A DNA stretch of 39,470 bases from assembly GCF_001194135.2 (NCBI RefSeq), contig NC_068986.1, forward strand, positions 34,947,500 to 34,986,969, read 5' to 3'. The notes under the pieces are model-generated. The model was not told the origin of the DNA, did not search any database, and was given only the letters and a program-made list of their open reading frames with translations. Both the position numbers and the translations under genes were made by a program. Positions 1 to 11,714 of this stretch are shown here, piece after piece. The number at the start of each line of letters is the position of its first letter. Position 1 is the stretch's first letter. The stretch comes from Octopus bimaculoides. Lineage: Eukaryota.

Positions 1-2499
1 CACTTTTCTTTTGGTCTTTATTGTTCCCTCTCAGGGAAGAAGAAAAAAAAAAAATGTGACTCTCTTCAAAGTTGAGCTTCAGGAACTTAATTAATTAATC
101 ATGGAGAATCAATGCCTCTGTATACAATGATAAAGCATAAAAAAATCTCACTTTGTTGTTCTATTGTCTTTAATTCACACCTTCCACTTATTAACATTAT
201 CTCAGCTTCCCCCCCCCCTCCTCTTCTTCCAAAACCTACTTAAAATTTTTTTATAAAATAAAATTTCAAATTGCTTTCCTTTTATTTATTTTTTTTACTG
301 CATTATAAACACCACATTTTTTTTTTTTAATTTCATGTCCTAGTGTACTGTTGGTGCTAAATTATTAATGATTGTATTCTTGTTCTCTACTTATTCACTG
401 CTAATAGTAATAATAATAATTATTATTATTATCTTTACCATAATTATTAATTTTAATATTTTTGTAACACATATCTTCTTCATAATCCTCATTTGTTCGT
501 AGCTATATTGGGTGCTGTAAACTACCATTGCACAGACAACAATAGATTCCATTTCCTACATTGATAAACAGAAAGATTCATCTTTACAATTTTTTTTTCT
601 TCTTTTGTTATTTATAAATAAAGGTTAAAGTGGTGCATAGTAGTCTAATAGAAAACAGAGGGGAACCCCACCCACCAGAAAAAAAAATCCTCCTTTTCAG
701 AACAAACAATGACAAAAAAACTCAATCATCTCCATTTAACAATTATTAATTAACAATTAATTTGTCACATGTTATATTTGTCATATAACATCAAAATATA
801 TTTATGTTACTATTATGTTATATCCAAGTGTGTATATTGCATGCACGAATAATTCTGTTGGTTTGCAGATTCTGAAAGTATTTTCCAGGGAAAACAATGT
901 TTTAATTAAACTCATTAAGTATTTAATTATTTTTGAAGTCCAGTTAGCTAAGAACATAGCAAGTCTATTTATAACCACAAATAATTTCTAAAATCTACCT
1001 CATGTAACTCCTAATTCTAGTTTGTTTTTTGTCTCATTTTCAATGTCAGCATGTAAAGTTGTTATATTTCCCCAATAGTTTTAAAATAAACGGATTGGAG
1101 ATAATGCAGACAACTTCTTAGAATTGTATCTAGTCATTATGTTTTGCAAGATGTGAGACCTTTAAAATTCTACAACTAGACATCATTTATCTATTCCGTT
1201 CTGTAATGAGACCTCATCTATCTTAAGTGTGGTGGTGTGTCTGTACCATTCTTTAGCTAAGCTAAGTCAAGAATATTGACTGCTAATACTAGTTTACCAA
1301 ATGAAATTCAGTGGGAAGGGAAGGGTAATTTGAAACAATTCTAAATAGTTGATACACAAAATATAAGATATAGAATATTTTGTCAAATTTATTCTGGAAG
1401 AATTTCTATTTTTTTAAACTTTGTTTAACAGCTAAAATTTATTTAGTAATTTGAATCATTATTCACATGTTTGAGAGAGAGTGTGTGAGTGTGTTTTTAA
1501 TAATATATCATCGATATACATACACACTTGTATAAACATATATAATCATATATAAATATAACTACTTAAAGTGTATAATGCCATCTATCCAATATGTTTC
1601 TTTGACAAGCAAAGAACTTCCATGACATTTAATTTATTCCTGCTTAAGTATTAGCACTTTTTTTTTTCTTAAATCCTAAGAATTCAATCTTTCTAGTTCT
1701 GTTAAATAAAGAAAAATCATTGAAAAATTAATTTACTTTTCTGGAAATTAGATTGCAACTTGTATCATGTGGGCTAATTGGTTGTTTTTGTAGCAATGGT
1801 ATTTAAAAAAAAAAGTCCTAATGAGATCTACCTCAGTTCCCAACACATACACACAGCTTCTTAGGAATGGAATGTGTTGCCCTTTCACCAATTTCTTATT
1901 TTCTGACTAATTAACTATGTTATTTGCTACTACAGTTCTACCACAGTGACTGTACAGTGATCATGCAGCTTTAGACAAATTGACAATAATATCTAGCAGC
2001 AAGCAAGTGCAAACTACGATGTAAAATACTTTAAAAAAAAAAAACAAAAAAAAACAGCTGATAACCAGATGAAGAGGCTTGGTGTAAACTTTGTCTTAGC
2101 TCTATCAATGGTTTAGATCGGGATGTGCCAGTTGTAGACAAAGTGTTTAGGATAGGGCAGAAGCTCCTTTACTGTATATAATAAACCAAAGTTCTTTTTG
2201 ACTTGAGAGGAAAAACAATTCAACACAGAAATGGGAGAGGTACCAGCATCCACAGCAAGGAAAAAAAAAAAAAAAAAGGGAAAGAGTGAGAGTGAACAAA
2301 AAAAAAATTTGAAAAAAAGTTTAAAAAGTCTATGGCACCTAACTATTATAATAATAATAATAATAAATAAGGTTGGCTGGGTTGCCATATATGGTTCTGC
2401 AGAGAAGCTCTAGCAGAGAGAGTCTGTTTACTTCTGTTAAAGATGTATCTCAAAGGTCCATCATATCCTCCCCATTCATCATTCCAGTTGTACCCTCTG
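1..2499 (-). other. Putative terminal exon/long 3' UTR of the minus-strand gene
   Basis: 2.6 kb without any SINE in an otherwise SINE-dense window. A NAGNAG acceptor (ttcag/cag) lies at 2502-2497 on the minus strand, followed by short reading frames and AT-rich sequence with AATAAA motifs on the minus strand. Confidence 0.35.
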
Positions 2500-2622
2500 C
2501 TGAATAAATCTTTCAAACATAATTTCAGTTATTTTTTCTTCTTTTTTTCCTTCCCATCTGTTTATAATTTATTCAATGATTTACTTTATTACAATGTCTT
2601 CTTTTTTCTGTCTTAATATTTA

Positions 2623-3004
2623 GGCGCAGGAGTGGCTGTGTGGTAAGTAGCTTGCTTACCAGTCACATGGTTCTGGGTTCAGTTCCACTGTGTGGCACCT
2701 TGGGAAAGTGTCTTCTACTATAGCCTCGGGCTGGCCAAAGCCTTGTGAGTGGATTTGGTAGACGGAAACTGAAAGAAGCCCGTCGTATATATATATATAT
2801 ATTTGTGTGTCTGTGTTTGTCCCCACAACATTGCTTGACAACCGATGGTGGTGTGTTTGCGTCCCCGTAACTTAGTGGTTCAGCAAAAGAGACTGATTGA
2901 ATAAGCACTAGGCTTACAAAGAATAAGTCCTGGGGTCGATTTGCTCGACTAAAGGTGGTGCTCCAGCATGGCCGCAGTCAAATGACTGAAACAAGTAAAA
3001 GAGT
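2623..3004 (+). mobile_element. tRNA-derived SINE family A (CORE-like central segment, internal microsatellite, GTAAAAGA tail), full length
   Basis: A-box-like GGCTGTGTGGT, B-box-like GGTTCAGTTCC, ACCTTGGGAAAGTG core-like motif, (TA)n(TG)n spacer and tail repeats; about 20 related copies in the window. Confidence 0.9.
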
Positions 3005-3049
3005 ATACTATGCAGATAAACTTACTATATGTGATGCCTTAATAATAAC

Positions 3050-3822
3050 AACAATTCTTTCAAATTTTGTAGGGTGGGGCTAATCAATTACATTGACCCC
3101 CCCACCCATTCAATATTCAACTGGTTCTTATTTTTCTGTCTCTGGAAGGATGAAAGGCAAAATATTTGAATATGCATGGACCCAGTAAGCTACCAGTTGT
3201 GCCAACTTACCGCCTTCATAATAATAATAATAATGATGATGATGTTTCTAATCTTGGAACATGACTAAATTTTGCAGGAAGGAGTCACCCTCAGCAGAAT
3301 TTGAACTCAAAATGTAATGGGTCTGAAGAACTACTACAATGCATTTTTTTTAATACTCTACCAATTCTGCCAACTTGATTCCTTAATAATAAAAATTCTT
3401 TCTATGATAAGCACAAGACCTGAAATTTTGAGGGAAGGGAGAAAATTGATTCGCATTGACCCCAGTGTTCAACTGGTACCTATTTTATAGACTCTGAATG
3501 GATAGAAGGCAAAGTTGATCTCTGTGGGGTTTGAACTCAGGACATTAAGATTCAGAAGAAAAGCTGCTAAATATATTGTCCAACTCACGATTCTACCAGC
3601 TCATTACCTTTAATAATAAACATTAATGATAATAATAATGGTTTCAAATTTTGTGGGAGGGGCAAGTCATTTACATCAACCCCCAGCGCTTAACTGATTC
3701 TTATTTTATCAACCCCAAAAAGATGAAAGGCTTTGATGGAATTTGAACTCAGAATGTAAACGCTGATGAAATGTCACTAGGCATTTTACCTGGTATGCTA
3801 ACAATTCTGCCAGCACTCCAAC
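3050..3822 (-). mobile_element. Tandem cluster of 4 degenerate Nin-domain-like tRNA SINEs (family C) separated by (TAA)n
   Basis: Repeated 'gaatttgaactcag', 'gatgaaaggcaaag', 'ttgaccccag' and 'attctgccagc' modules; same family as 16683-16785 and 37265-37400. Confidence 0.75.
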
Positions 3823-3903
3823 TTAATAAATATTGGTGATAGGAGCAATAATAATCTGATATATTCGTTTAAATGATGTTTGGGAACAAACAACAAAACT
3901 TAC

Positions 3904-3936
3904 TAAGAAAGAAACGGAAGGCTTTCCTTGCTGCTC
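3904..3936 (-). CDS. Candidate 33-nt microexon (EQQGKPSVSFL or SSKESLPFLS, depending on phase)
   Basis: Minus-strand catttgcag|...|gtaagt; open in all three frames. Product not recognised. Confidence 0.35.
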
Positions 3937-4571
3937 CTGCAAATGTTGATGTTGACTTGGAATACAATTTATTGAATCTCAATTTTTCAGTTTTTTTTTT
4001 AATGCAAATTTACTTTCCCTCAAATTAATTTAACTCATTTTTAAGAACTTTAATGTTCTTTTTAATTATCGATATAGCAACATAAACTTCTTTGTCAGAG
4101 AAACAAAAAAGCATAAATAAATAAAAAGCACAGAACTGAGTTGAAGTAGATAACCATTTTCCATAATATTTTTGTCCTTGAATATCAATTGTTTACATTG
4201 TCTCTTTCTTTTAAATGGAAATTTCAAGTATTGAATGGTATCAGGAATCATTGTGAATTCCTACATTATTTCTTCCAGCAGAATTTCTGATTGTTCTAAG
4301 GACAATCTCAATGATATGTTGATATAAATACTATCACTATTTACCTTGGGCTATTTGTGGTTACTGTTTTGAAAAATCAGTTTCCTCAATTGCATTGTGA
4401 AATATTTAACCTTCTGATAAGATTTTACTTGTTATTCAGTAGAGTAGGATATGAAATATTCAATACAGAGAGAAAAAAAAAATTGATTTATAGAGAAAGA
4501 CAACTTCTTAGATTGATCAATATTGAATTTGCTTTAAAAACAAAAAAAAAAAAATCAGATTTTTTTTTATA

Positions 4572-4930
4572 TGGTGTTGGTGTGCTTATGCCTCCATAAG
4601 TTAGTGGTTCGGCAAAAGAGACCAATAAAATAAGTACCAGGCTTTTAAAAAAATAAGTACTGGGATCAATACATTAAACTACAAATTCTTCAAGGCAGTG
4701 CCCCAGCATGGTCGCAGTCTAATGACTGAAACAAGTAAAACGTAAAAGAAAAAGATATACATACAAAATATGTTTTAGTTTCTGTCAACCAAAACTATTT
4801 ACATGGCTTTGGTCAGCCTTAGGCTATGGTAGAATAGTAGAAGACACTTGTCCGAAGTGCCATGCAGTGGGACTGAACCTGGAACCATGTGGTTGAGAAG
4901 CAAACTTCTTACCACACAACCATGCCTGCA
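4572..4930. mobile_element. SINE-A 3' half (+, 4572-4755) abutting a SINE-A 5' half (-, ~4775-4930)
   Basis: Similarity to the SINE-A copy at 11251-11652. Confidence 0.8.
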
Positions 4931-5648
4931 TCTTACACTAAAATTTTTGCTTCCTTATTAAGAGCCTGTACAGTCATTTAAATTACTTTGAAATGATTTT
5001 TCGCATGAACCAGGATTATAACTGTTAATCTTGACAGAGCACTCTAAGCATTATCTCAAAGTAGTTAATTTACTTCTTCATGATTTACAGAAAGCTACAT
5101 TAATTAATTGTAAGTTTTAAACCCTACAATCAGGACACAGTAAACATGGCATATGAACCATCATATTAAGACTACCTTTCTGCTCATAGATTTCTATATA
5201 TACATATATATATATGTATTCAATTTTATGATGAAAGTAAACAAAGTTTATTTTTTTAGAAGCGTTGAGATGTATTGTAAGATACAGAAATAAATTTATT
5301 TCCCAAATGCGTGATAATGCTATAAATAGCGTGATCAGGATAAATTATCCATACATTGCAGAAAAATATGTTACTGGCCGCCCATGATATATATATATAT
5401 ATATATATCTGTATGTATAGATTAAAATGGAAAAAGCAAAATATTTGGCATAATTTGAAAACATTTAATTTAGATAGGGAATATAAACAGATATATATGT
5501 ATCTGTGTGTATGTATGTATGAGTGTGTGTGTGTGTGTGTGTGCGCGCGCACACATATATAATCTACCTTCTAGTATATGGAAGTGGGGTGTCTAATTTG
5601 TGTTAATCCCAACATATTGTATCTTTTCTAAGCCTGCACAGACCCTAA

Positions 5649-5769
5649 GGCTATGGTGAATAACTGTCGTGTTATGGGAAAACGATCTTGTTAAAACAGT
5701 GGTGGATAAAACAAATATATATTGACATGGCCGTATGTTAAAAATTCAATTTCACATTCTGCCGTAGCT
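5649..5769. mobile_element. Possible PIF/Harbinger-type MITE (121 bp)
   Basis: TAA on both sides (5646-5648, 5770-5772); imperfect TIRs GGCTATGGTGAAT / ATTCTGCCGTAGCT. Confidence 0.4.
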
Positions 5770-5876
5770 TAAGGTTGGCCAATAAGTATCTTAGGAGTGA
5801 AATTCAATAGACATGAACTATGTGGAAGTTTGTTGCATATGTACACACATGCACGTGTATACGAGAGTGTGTGTAT

Positions 5877-6260
5877 GAGTGGCTGTGTGGTAAGTAGCTT
5901 GCTTACCAACCACATGGTTCCAGGTTCAGTCCCACTGCGTGGAACCTTGGGCAAGTGTCTTCTACTATAGCTTCAGGCCGACCAAAACCTTGTGAGTGGA
6001 TTTGGTAGACGGAAACTGAAAGAAGCCCATCGTATATATGTATATATGTGTATATGTCTGTGTTTGTCCCCCTAACATCGCTTGACAACTGATGCTGGTG
6101 TGTTTACATCCCCATAACTTAGCGGTTCGGCAAAAGAGACCGATAGAATAAGTACTAGGCTTCCAAAGAATAAGTCTTGGGGTCGATTTGCTCGACTAAA
6201 GGCGGTGCTCCAACATGGCCGCAGTCAAATGACTGAAACAAGTGAAAGAGAGTAAAGAGT
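5877..6260 (+). mobile_element. SINE-A, full length
   Basis: All family modules present. Confidence 0.9.
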
Positions 6261-6476
6261 ATACCTTGCAGGCAATACCCCAAACATGGCTGCTCTGCAA
6301 TGATTGAAGCAAGTAAAAATGTAAAAAATCATTATCACCATCATCGCTGCTGTGCTGCCACTGCCACCACTTCTGTCTCAATGTCCACTTTTTCATGCTT
6401 GCATGGGTTAAATGGAGTTTACAGAAGCAAGTCTTCTACNNNNNNNNNNNNNNNNNNNNNNNNNNNNNNNNNNNNN

Positions 6477-7070
6477 AGTGTGTGTATGAGTGGCTGTGTG
6501 GTAAGTAGCTTGCTTACCAACCACATGGTTCCAGGTTCAGTCCCACTGCGTGGAACCTTGGGCAAGTGTCTTCTACTATAGCTTCAGGCCGACCAAAACC
6601 TTGTGAGTGGATTTGGTATGTGGAAACTGTGAAGAAGCCCATCATATACGTGTGTATGTGTGTGTGTGTCTTTGTGGTATCTGTCCACCTCCCACTGCTT
6701 GACAACCAGTGTTGCTTTGTTTATGACCTTGTAACCTAGCAGTTTGGCAAAAGTGATTGATAAAATGAATACTAGACTTAAAGCTAAGTACTTACAAAGA
6801 ATAAGTCCTGGGGTCGATTAGCTTGATTAAAGGTGGTGCTCCAGCATGGCTGCAGTCAAATGACTGAAACAAGTGAAAGAGAGTAAAGAGTATACCTTGC
6901 AGGCAATACCCCAAACATGGCTGCTCTGCAATGATTGAAGCAAGTAAAAATGTAAAAAATCATTATCACCATCATCGCTGCTGTGCTGCCACTGCCACCA
7001 CTTCTGTCTCAATGTCCACTTTTTCATGCTTGCATGGGTTAAATGGAGTTTACAGAAGCAAGTCTTCTAC
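6477..7070 (+). repeat. Near-tandem duplicate of 5866-6439 with a mosaic SINE centre, adjacent to an N-gap
   Basis: 5866-6007 = 6477-6618 and 6221-6439 = 6852-7070; the centre (6604-6792) matches the reverse complement of 11748-11936. Confidence 0.85.
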
Positions 7071-7194
7071 AGTTGGGTGCCCTTCCTATCATCAATTCTC
7101 ACTTGTTTCCAAACAAGGTAATATTTCTCTATGGCCAGACTTGTTTTTGCAGAACATTGGAAATGAACGATACCTCTTGCATGATGGTGACATC

Positions 7195-7375
7195 ACCATC
7201 ATCATCCTCATTGTTTAATGACCACCTTCCGTGCTGGCATGGGTAGGACGGTTTGACAGGAGCCTGCACCAGACCTTTGTGTCTATTTTGGCAAGGTTTT
7301 TATGGCTGGATGCCCTTAATAATGCCAACCACCCAGCAGAATGGACTGAGTGCTTTTTACATGACATAAGCACAC
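7195..7375 (-). mobile_element. Degenerate family-B (RTE-tail/Ceph-like) SINE
   Basis: (CAT)n followed by 'gtgctggcatgggtaggacgg' and 'ggctggatgccctt'. Confidence 0.7.
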
Positions 7376-7481
7376 TCACTTATTAACTCACACACAATGT
7401 CAAGACAAAAAGACACATACATGCACTCATACATGTACAAATACACATATACATACACACACATATATATATTTATATATA

Positions 7482-7666
7482 CTGGGGGTGCTGAAAAGTT
7501 TTGAGCTTTAAGGGCATTATGAAAGGACTGGCTGGAGGCTCAACCTCTTGAGTTCTTTTACAGGGCTTAGAAAAACTGAAGGACCACTGAGACGAGAATA
7601 CATTGAATAAAATCATAATTAATTGAACTCTTGTATTTTCCTTTACCCAAAGCCAGGAACTTTTCA
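7482..7666 (+). mobile_element. Mariner-derived MITE; right TIR cut by a SINE-A fragment (7667-7805, -)
   Basis: TA then CTGGGGGTGCTGAAAAGTT; internal FLQGLEKLKDH resembling the mariner transposase C-terminus; AGCCAGGAACTTTTCA end. A fuller copy of the same TIR is at 28067-28094. Confidence 0.7.
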
Positions 7667-7955
7667 ATCTCTGTCTGCCATATCCACTCACAAGGCTTTG
7701 GTCAACCTGAGGCTAAAGTAAATGACATTTGTTCATGGTGCCATGTAGTGGGCCTAACTCCAAAACCATGTGGTCGGGAAGCAAACTTTCTAACCACACA
7801 ATCGCAGGGGTTTTTTTTTTTTTTAATTAAATTTTTTCTTCTTCTCCAAAAGAAACATTGATCTGCAAGTTTAAATACATAAATATACTTAAAGATGTTC
7901 ATTAGATTTTTGGAAATACTAATTTAATTTAATTGCTTTATCTACTTTTGCTTAC

Positions 7956-7983
7956 CCAATAGCTGATCCTTTTAAAGTTATCT
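7956..7983 (-). CDS. Candidate 28-nt microexon
   Basis: Minus-strand aatctgtag|agataactttaaaaggatcagctattgg|gtaagc; phase-compatible with neighbouring candidates. Confidence 0.28.
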
Positions 7984-8335
7984 CTACAGATTAACAACAT
8001 ATACATCTCTACCAATTGGCCATCTGATAAATTAAGATTTAGGTCACACAACGGAAGTTTATTGAGGCAGATTTGATTACTTAACTTAAACAGATTAAAC
8101 AATTAGGTTGAGATTTTTCAATTTTACAGCTTTATTAATATTAATATATATTTTTATCATTTTTCTGGTTTCAGTCATATCAACCACAATTCTTATTTCT
8201 AAATCTGAACCTTATTTTATTGAACTCTATCAGTCACGATGCTAAGTTGTGGAAGACAAACAAACAAGTGGAGGTGGGAGCTTTCTCCATGAGGATACTG
8301 CCTAGAGAGCTATCATACACACATTCAGATAGACC

Positions 8336-8655
8336 ACGTGAAAAGACATTCGAACGAGATCGTTGCCAGTGCCGATGGACTGGCCCCTATGCAGGTGACA
8401 CGTAAAATACACCATTTCGAGCGTGGCCGTTGCCAGTACTGCCTGACTGGCCCTTGTACCAGTGGCACGTAAAAGCACCCACTACACTCTCGGAGTGGTT
8501 GGCATTAGGAAGGGCACCCAACTGTAGAAACTCTGCCAAATCAGATTGGAGCCTGGTGTAGCCATCTGGTTCACCAGTCCTTGGTCAAATCGTCCAACCC
8601 ATGCTAGCATGGAAAGCGGACGTTAAACGATGATCATCATCATCATCATCATCAT
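8336..8655 (+). mobile_element. Family-B SINE/non-autonomous RTE-like element
   Basis: Two ~60-bp internal repeats, GGTTGGCATTAGGAAGGGCA motif, 3' end CCATGCTAGCATGGAAAGCGGACGTTAAACGATGAT. Confidence 0.85.
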
Positions 8656-8659
8656 TTGG

Positions 8660-9225
8660 CTGAGGTTGTTACAGGTATCAGAGAACTTGCCAATACTGTA
8701 CAACATGTCAGACTCTGAGATAGTATTGAAGGTACAATCATTGGAAAACAGAAAGTCAATCATGTTATCTGTTGAAACCCTAAATTTGCTTAAAGCCTTC
8801 TGACACAGTAGACAGAGCCATCAGTATGGTCTTTGATACCAATGGCAGTATCTGTGTCAGAATTTTCAACTTTGAAGACATCTATCACTATGGCTGAAAA
8901 CAGGAGGATGAACAGAGTGGAAGTAAAGATACAACCCTGTTTCACTCTACTGGAAACAGAAAACAGCTTTAATGTCTGCCTGTTGTCTTGAAATTTGGCC
9001 AGCATGCTATTGTGTAGCTTTTGTCTGATGGTGATGAATATCCTGGGGCATCCAAACGTTGCCATAATTCTCCAGTGCTCTTTCCTACTCAGTGTTGAAA
9101 GCCTTGGTCGATGCAGGTGAAGTACAAGTCAGCATTTTGTTCTTGATGCTTCTCCTGAAGCTGTCCAGCAGCAACAGACACCATTCTGATGATCACATTT
9201 TCTTTCCTGAAGTCACACTGGCATC
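8660..9225 (-). mobile_element. RTE-clade LINE reverse-transcriptase fragment (frameshifted)
   Basis: Translation GQLQEKHQEQNADLYFTCID..., MATFGCPRIFITIRQKLHNSMLAKFQDN...RVKQGCIFTSTLFILLFSA...IGIKDHTDGSVYCVRRL resembles RTE/BovB-type RT (RQLQEKC-EQ, GVKQGC, IGIKYRTDG). Confidence 0.85.
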
Positions 9226-9294
9226 TGGAAATAAATGAATAAATAAATAAATGAATAAAAGCACACACACACACACACACATATATATAAAAGA

Positions 9295-9620
9295 ATACAA
9301 AAAATGGGACAAGAGCGCGACAGGCGGCCACAAAACATCCAGAGAGTTGGCTGATATTAGAAGGAACATGGAAAAATAAGGACGGGTCATTCGGAGTTTT
9401 CTTCTGTCAGTTGAGTTCCAGATTATCTTTGCAGTTTCGGCTGGTTATACTTGAGACTGCTCCAATCTGGCCAGCCCCAAGGAAAATCTAAGCTAAGAGC
9501 ACTAGATTCCTTGGAAGAAAGCAATGAATATATACGAAAACAAGGACGGGAAAAAACAGAGAAAAGGTACACAAATACAAATGTAAACAACAGGACATTA
9601 ATAACAGGTGTCTTTTGACT
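9295..9620. repeat. Unclassified interspersed repeat, possibly Penelope-like
   Basis: CpG-retaining block with CAGCCGAAAC on the minus strand. Weak recalled similarity only. Confidence 0.25.
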
Positions 9621-9744
9621 AAGGATGAATTAAATGAAGCTGGCATGTGTGGAAGTGAAGCCTTATGGCAGGGACCTGAGAGATGACAGGCATGGGAAAG
9701 AATATAGATGTTGCACAGATGGTAGTCGAACTAAGAAAGAAAGG

Positions 9745-9975
9745 TCCGCTTTCCATGTTGGCATGGGTTGGACAGTTTGACTGAGGACTGGCGAGCCAGA
9801 TGGCTGCACCAGGCTCCAATCTGATCTGGCAGAGTTTCTACAGCTGGATGCCCTTCCTAATGCCAACCACTCCGGGAGTGTAGTGGGTGATGGTCACGCT
9901 CAAATGGTGTTTTTTATGCGCCACCTGCACAGGAGCCAGTCCAGCAGCACTGGCAATGACCTTGCTTGAATGTTG

Positions 9976-10028
<53 letters not shown>
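9745..10028 (-). mobile_element. Family-B SINE followed by (TA)n
   Basis: GTCCGCTTTCCATG...CAGCTGGATGCCCTTCCTAATGCCAACC. Confidence 0.85.
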
Positions 10029-10032
<4 letters not shown>

Positions 10033-10158
10033 CAGACAAGGTAATATTTTGAACACAGTATAGCCATGAAAACAGCATGAAGATTGGATATTATTACCCT
10101 TATAAGACAGAAAAAATTTGTCAAACAGCCACAGTTTGTTTACATGTGTTGTTGTTGC

Positions 10159-10189
<31 letters not shown>

Positions 10190-10532
10190 CATGTGTATGT
10201 GTGTAGACGTAGAAGACTTTCATTTTCCTGAGCATCAAACTAATACACCTGCATGTTGTTCATGCACCTGTCTTTGTCTTTTGTTGTTCTGGTCACACCA
10301 GTTTTATTTTGCTTGAAACGCCTTTCTATTGAAAAGTGTTGGCTTGGAACATAAATGACTTTCTCAAATTCCTGAGCGTCAAACTAATGCACCTGCCTGT
10401 TGTTTATACACCTGATATATATATCATCATCATCATCGTTTAACGTCCGCTTTCCATGCTAGCATGGGATGTATGTATATATCATTCTTGCATGAGTGGG
10501 ACAGTTCCACAAGAGCCAGCCAGGCCGAAGCC

Positions 10533-10703
10533 TGCACCAGACTTCTGTGACTGTTATGGCAAGATCTTTACAACAGGATGCCCTTCCTAACACAGCCACT
10601 CAGTAGAGTGGATAAACAGATATCCACTCTGCTGAGTGGTTGGTGTTAGGAAGGGTATCCAGTTGTAAAAATCTTGCTGAAACAGTCACAGAAGTCTGGT
10701 GCA
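10533..10703. repeat. Foldback inverted repeat (82/83-bp arms, 6-nt loop) built from family-B SINE sequence
   Basis: Arms 10533-10614 and 10621-10703 are reverse complements with about 9 differences. Confidence 0.9.
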
Positions 10704-11250
10704 AATGAATGTTGACTGAAATGGTGAGGCTGTTGAAATTCTTTTTTGACATTACGACTGGTCACTGTATTTTTGAAGACTTTCAGAATAAAAAAACAAA
10801 ATCCCTCAACTAGAAAACAGTCAATTGTTGGTGACAGTAAGTGTATCTGGTTGTAAAACCCTGCCCCAAATGACTTCTAACCAAACATGGTTAGAATAGT
10901 ATGAAAAAAAAATTGTATAATGAACATTAAATGAGAACGAGTATGATGGTGACTCCTGCTGATGTCAGTATAAGAGTCTAACAACTCTGTCCGATGCCTG
11001 TGTTTATGGGAAGACATTAAACAAACTTCAGATTTATAAATGAAACCCAAAATTCTCACAGATCACAGTGTGATCAGAAAGAGAAAGACCATGAGCATAT
11101 GCGCAAACACAAGCACGACCATGTGACAGACTGGAGTCATGTGTGTGTGTGTGCGCATGTGTGTGTGTGTGTGTATGTGTATGATCATAGATATGTGGTT
11201 TGGAGATGTTATTTATCTTCTGCCTTAATTTTATTGTAGAGAACTGTCCA

Positions 11251-11413
11251 GGCGCCGGAGTGGCTGTGTGGTAAGTGGCTTGCTTATCAACCACATGGTT
11301 CCGGGTTCAGTCCCACTGCGTGGCACCTTGGGCAAGTGTCTTCCATTATAGCCTCGGGCCGACCAAAGCCTTGTGAGTGGATTTGGTAGACGGAAACTGA
11401 AAGAAGCCCGTCG

Positions 11414-11450
<37 letters not shown>

Positions 11451-11652
11451 CTGTGTTTGTCCCCCCCACATTGCTTGACAACCGATGCTGGTGTGTTTAC
11501 GTCCTCATAACTTAGCGGTTCGGCAAAAAGAGACCGATAGAATAAGTACTAGGCTTACAAAGAATAAGTCCTGGGGTCGATTTTCTCAACTAAAGGCGGT
11601 GCTCCAGCATGGCAGCAGTCAAATGACTGAAACAAGTAAAAGAGTAAAAGAG
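11251..11652 (+). mobile_element. SINE-A, young full-length copy
   Basis: CpGs retained; complete head, core, microsatellite and tail. Confidence 0.92.
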
Positions 11653-11714
11653 TAACCAACGTATTTCCTATGTATTTTACATTAAATGCCAAAGAGTTAC
11701 ATGCAGGGTTCAAA

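Noticed and set aside
5176-5193. 18-nt microexon as a stand-alone feature (also 4345-4363 and 14290-14302)
   Set aside because: Weak donor (gtagtc) or weak acceptor; kept only as part of the microexon hypothesis.
11251-11330. tRNA genes at SINE heads
   Set aside because: They have A/B-box-like motifs but no complete cloverleaf, and they continue directly into SINE body sequence.
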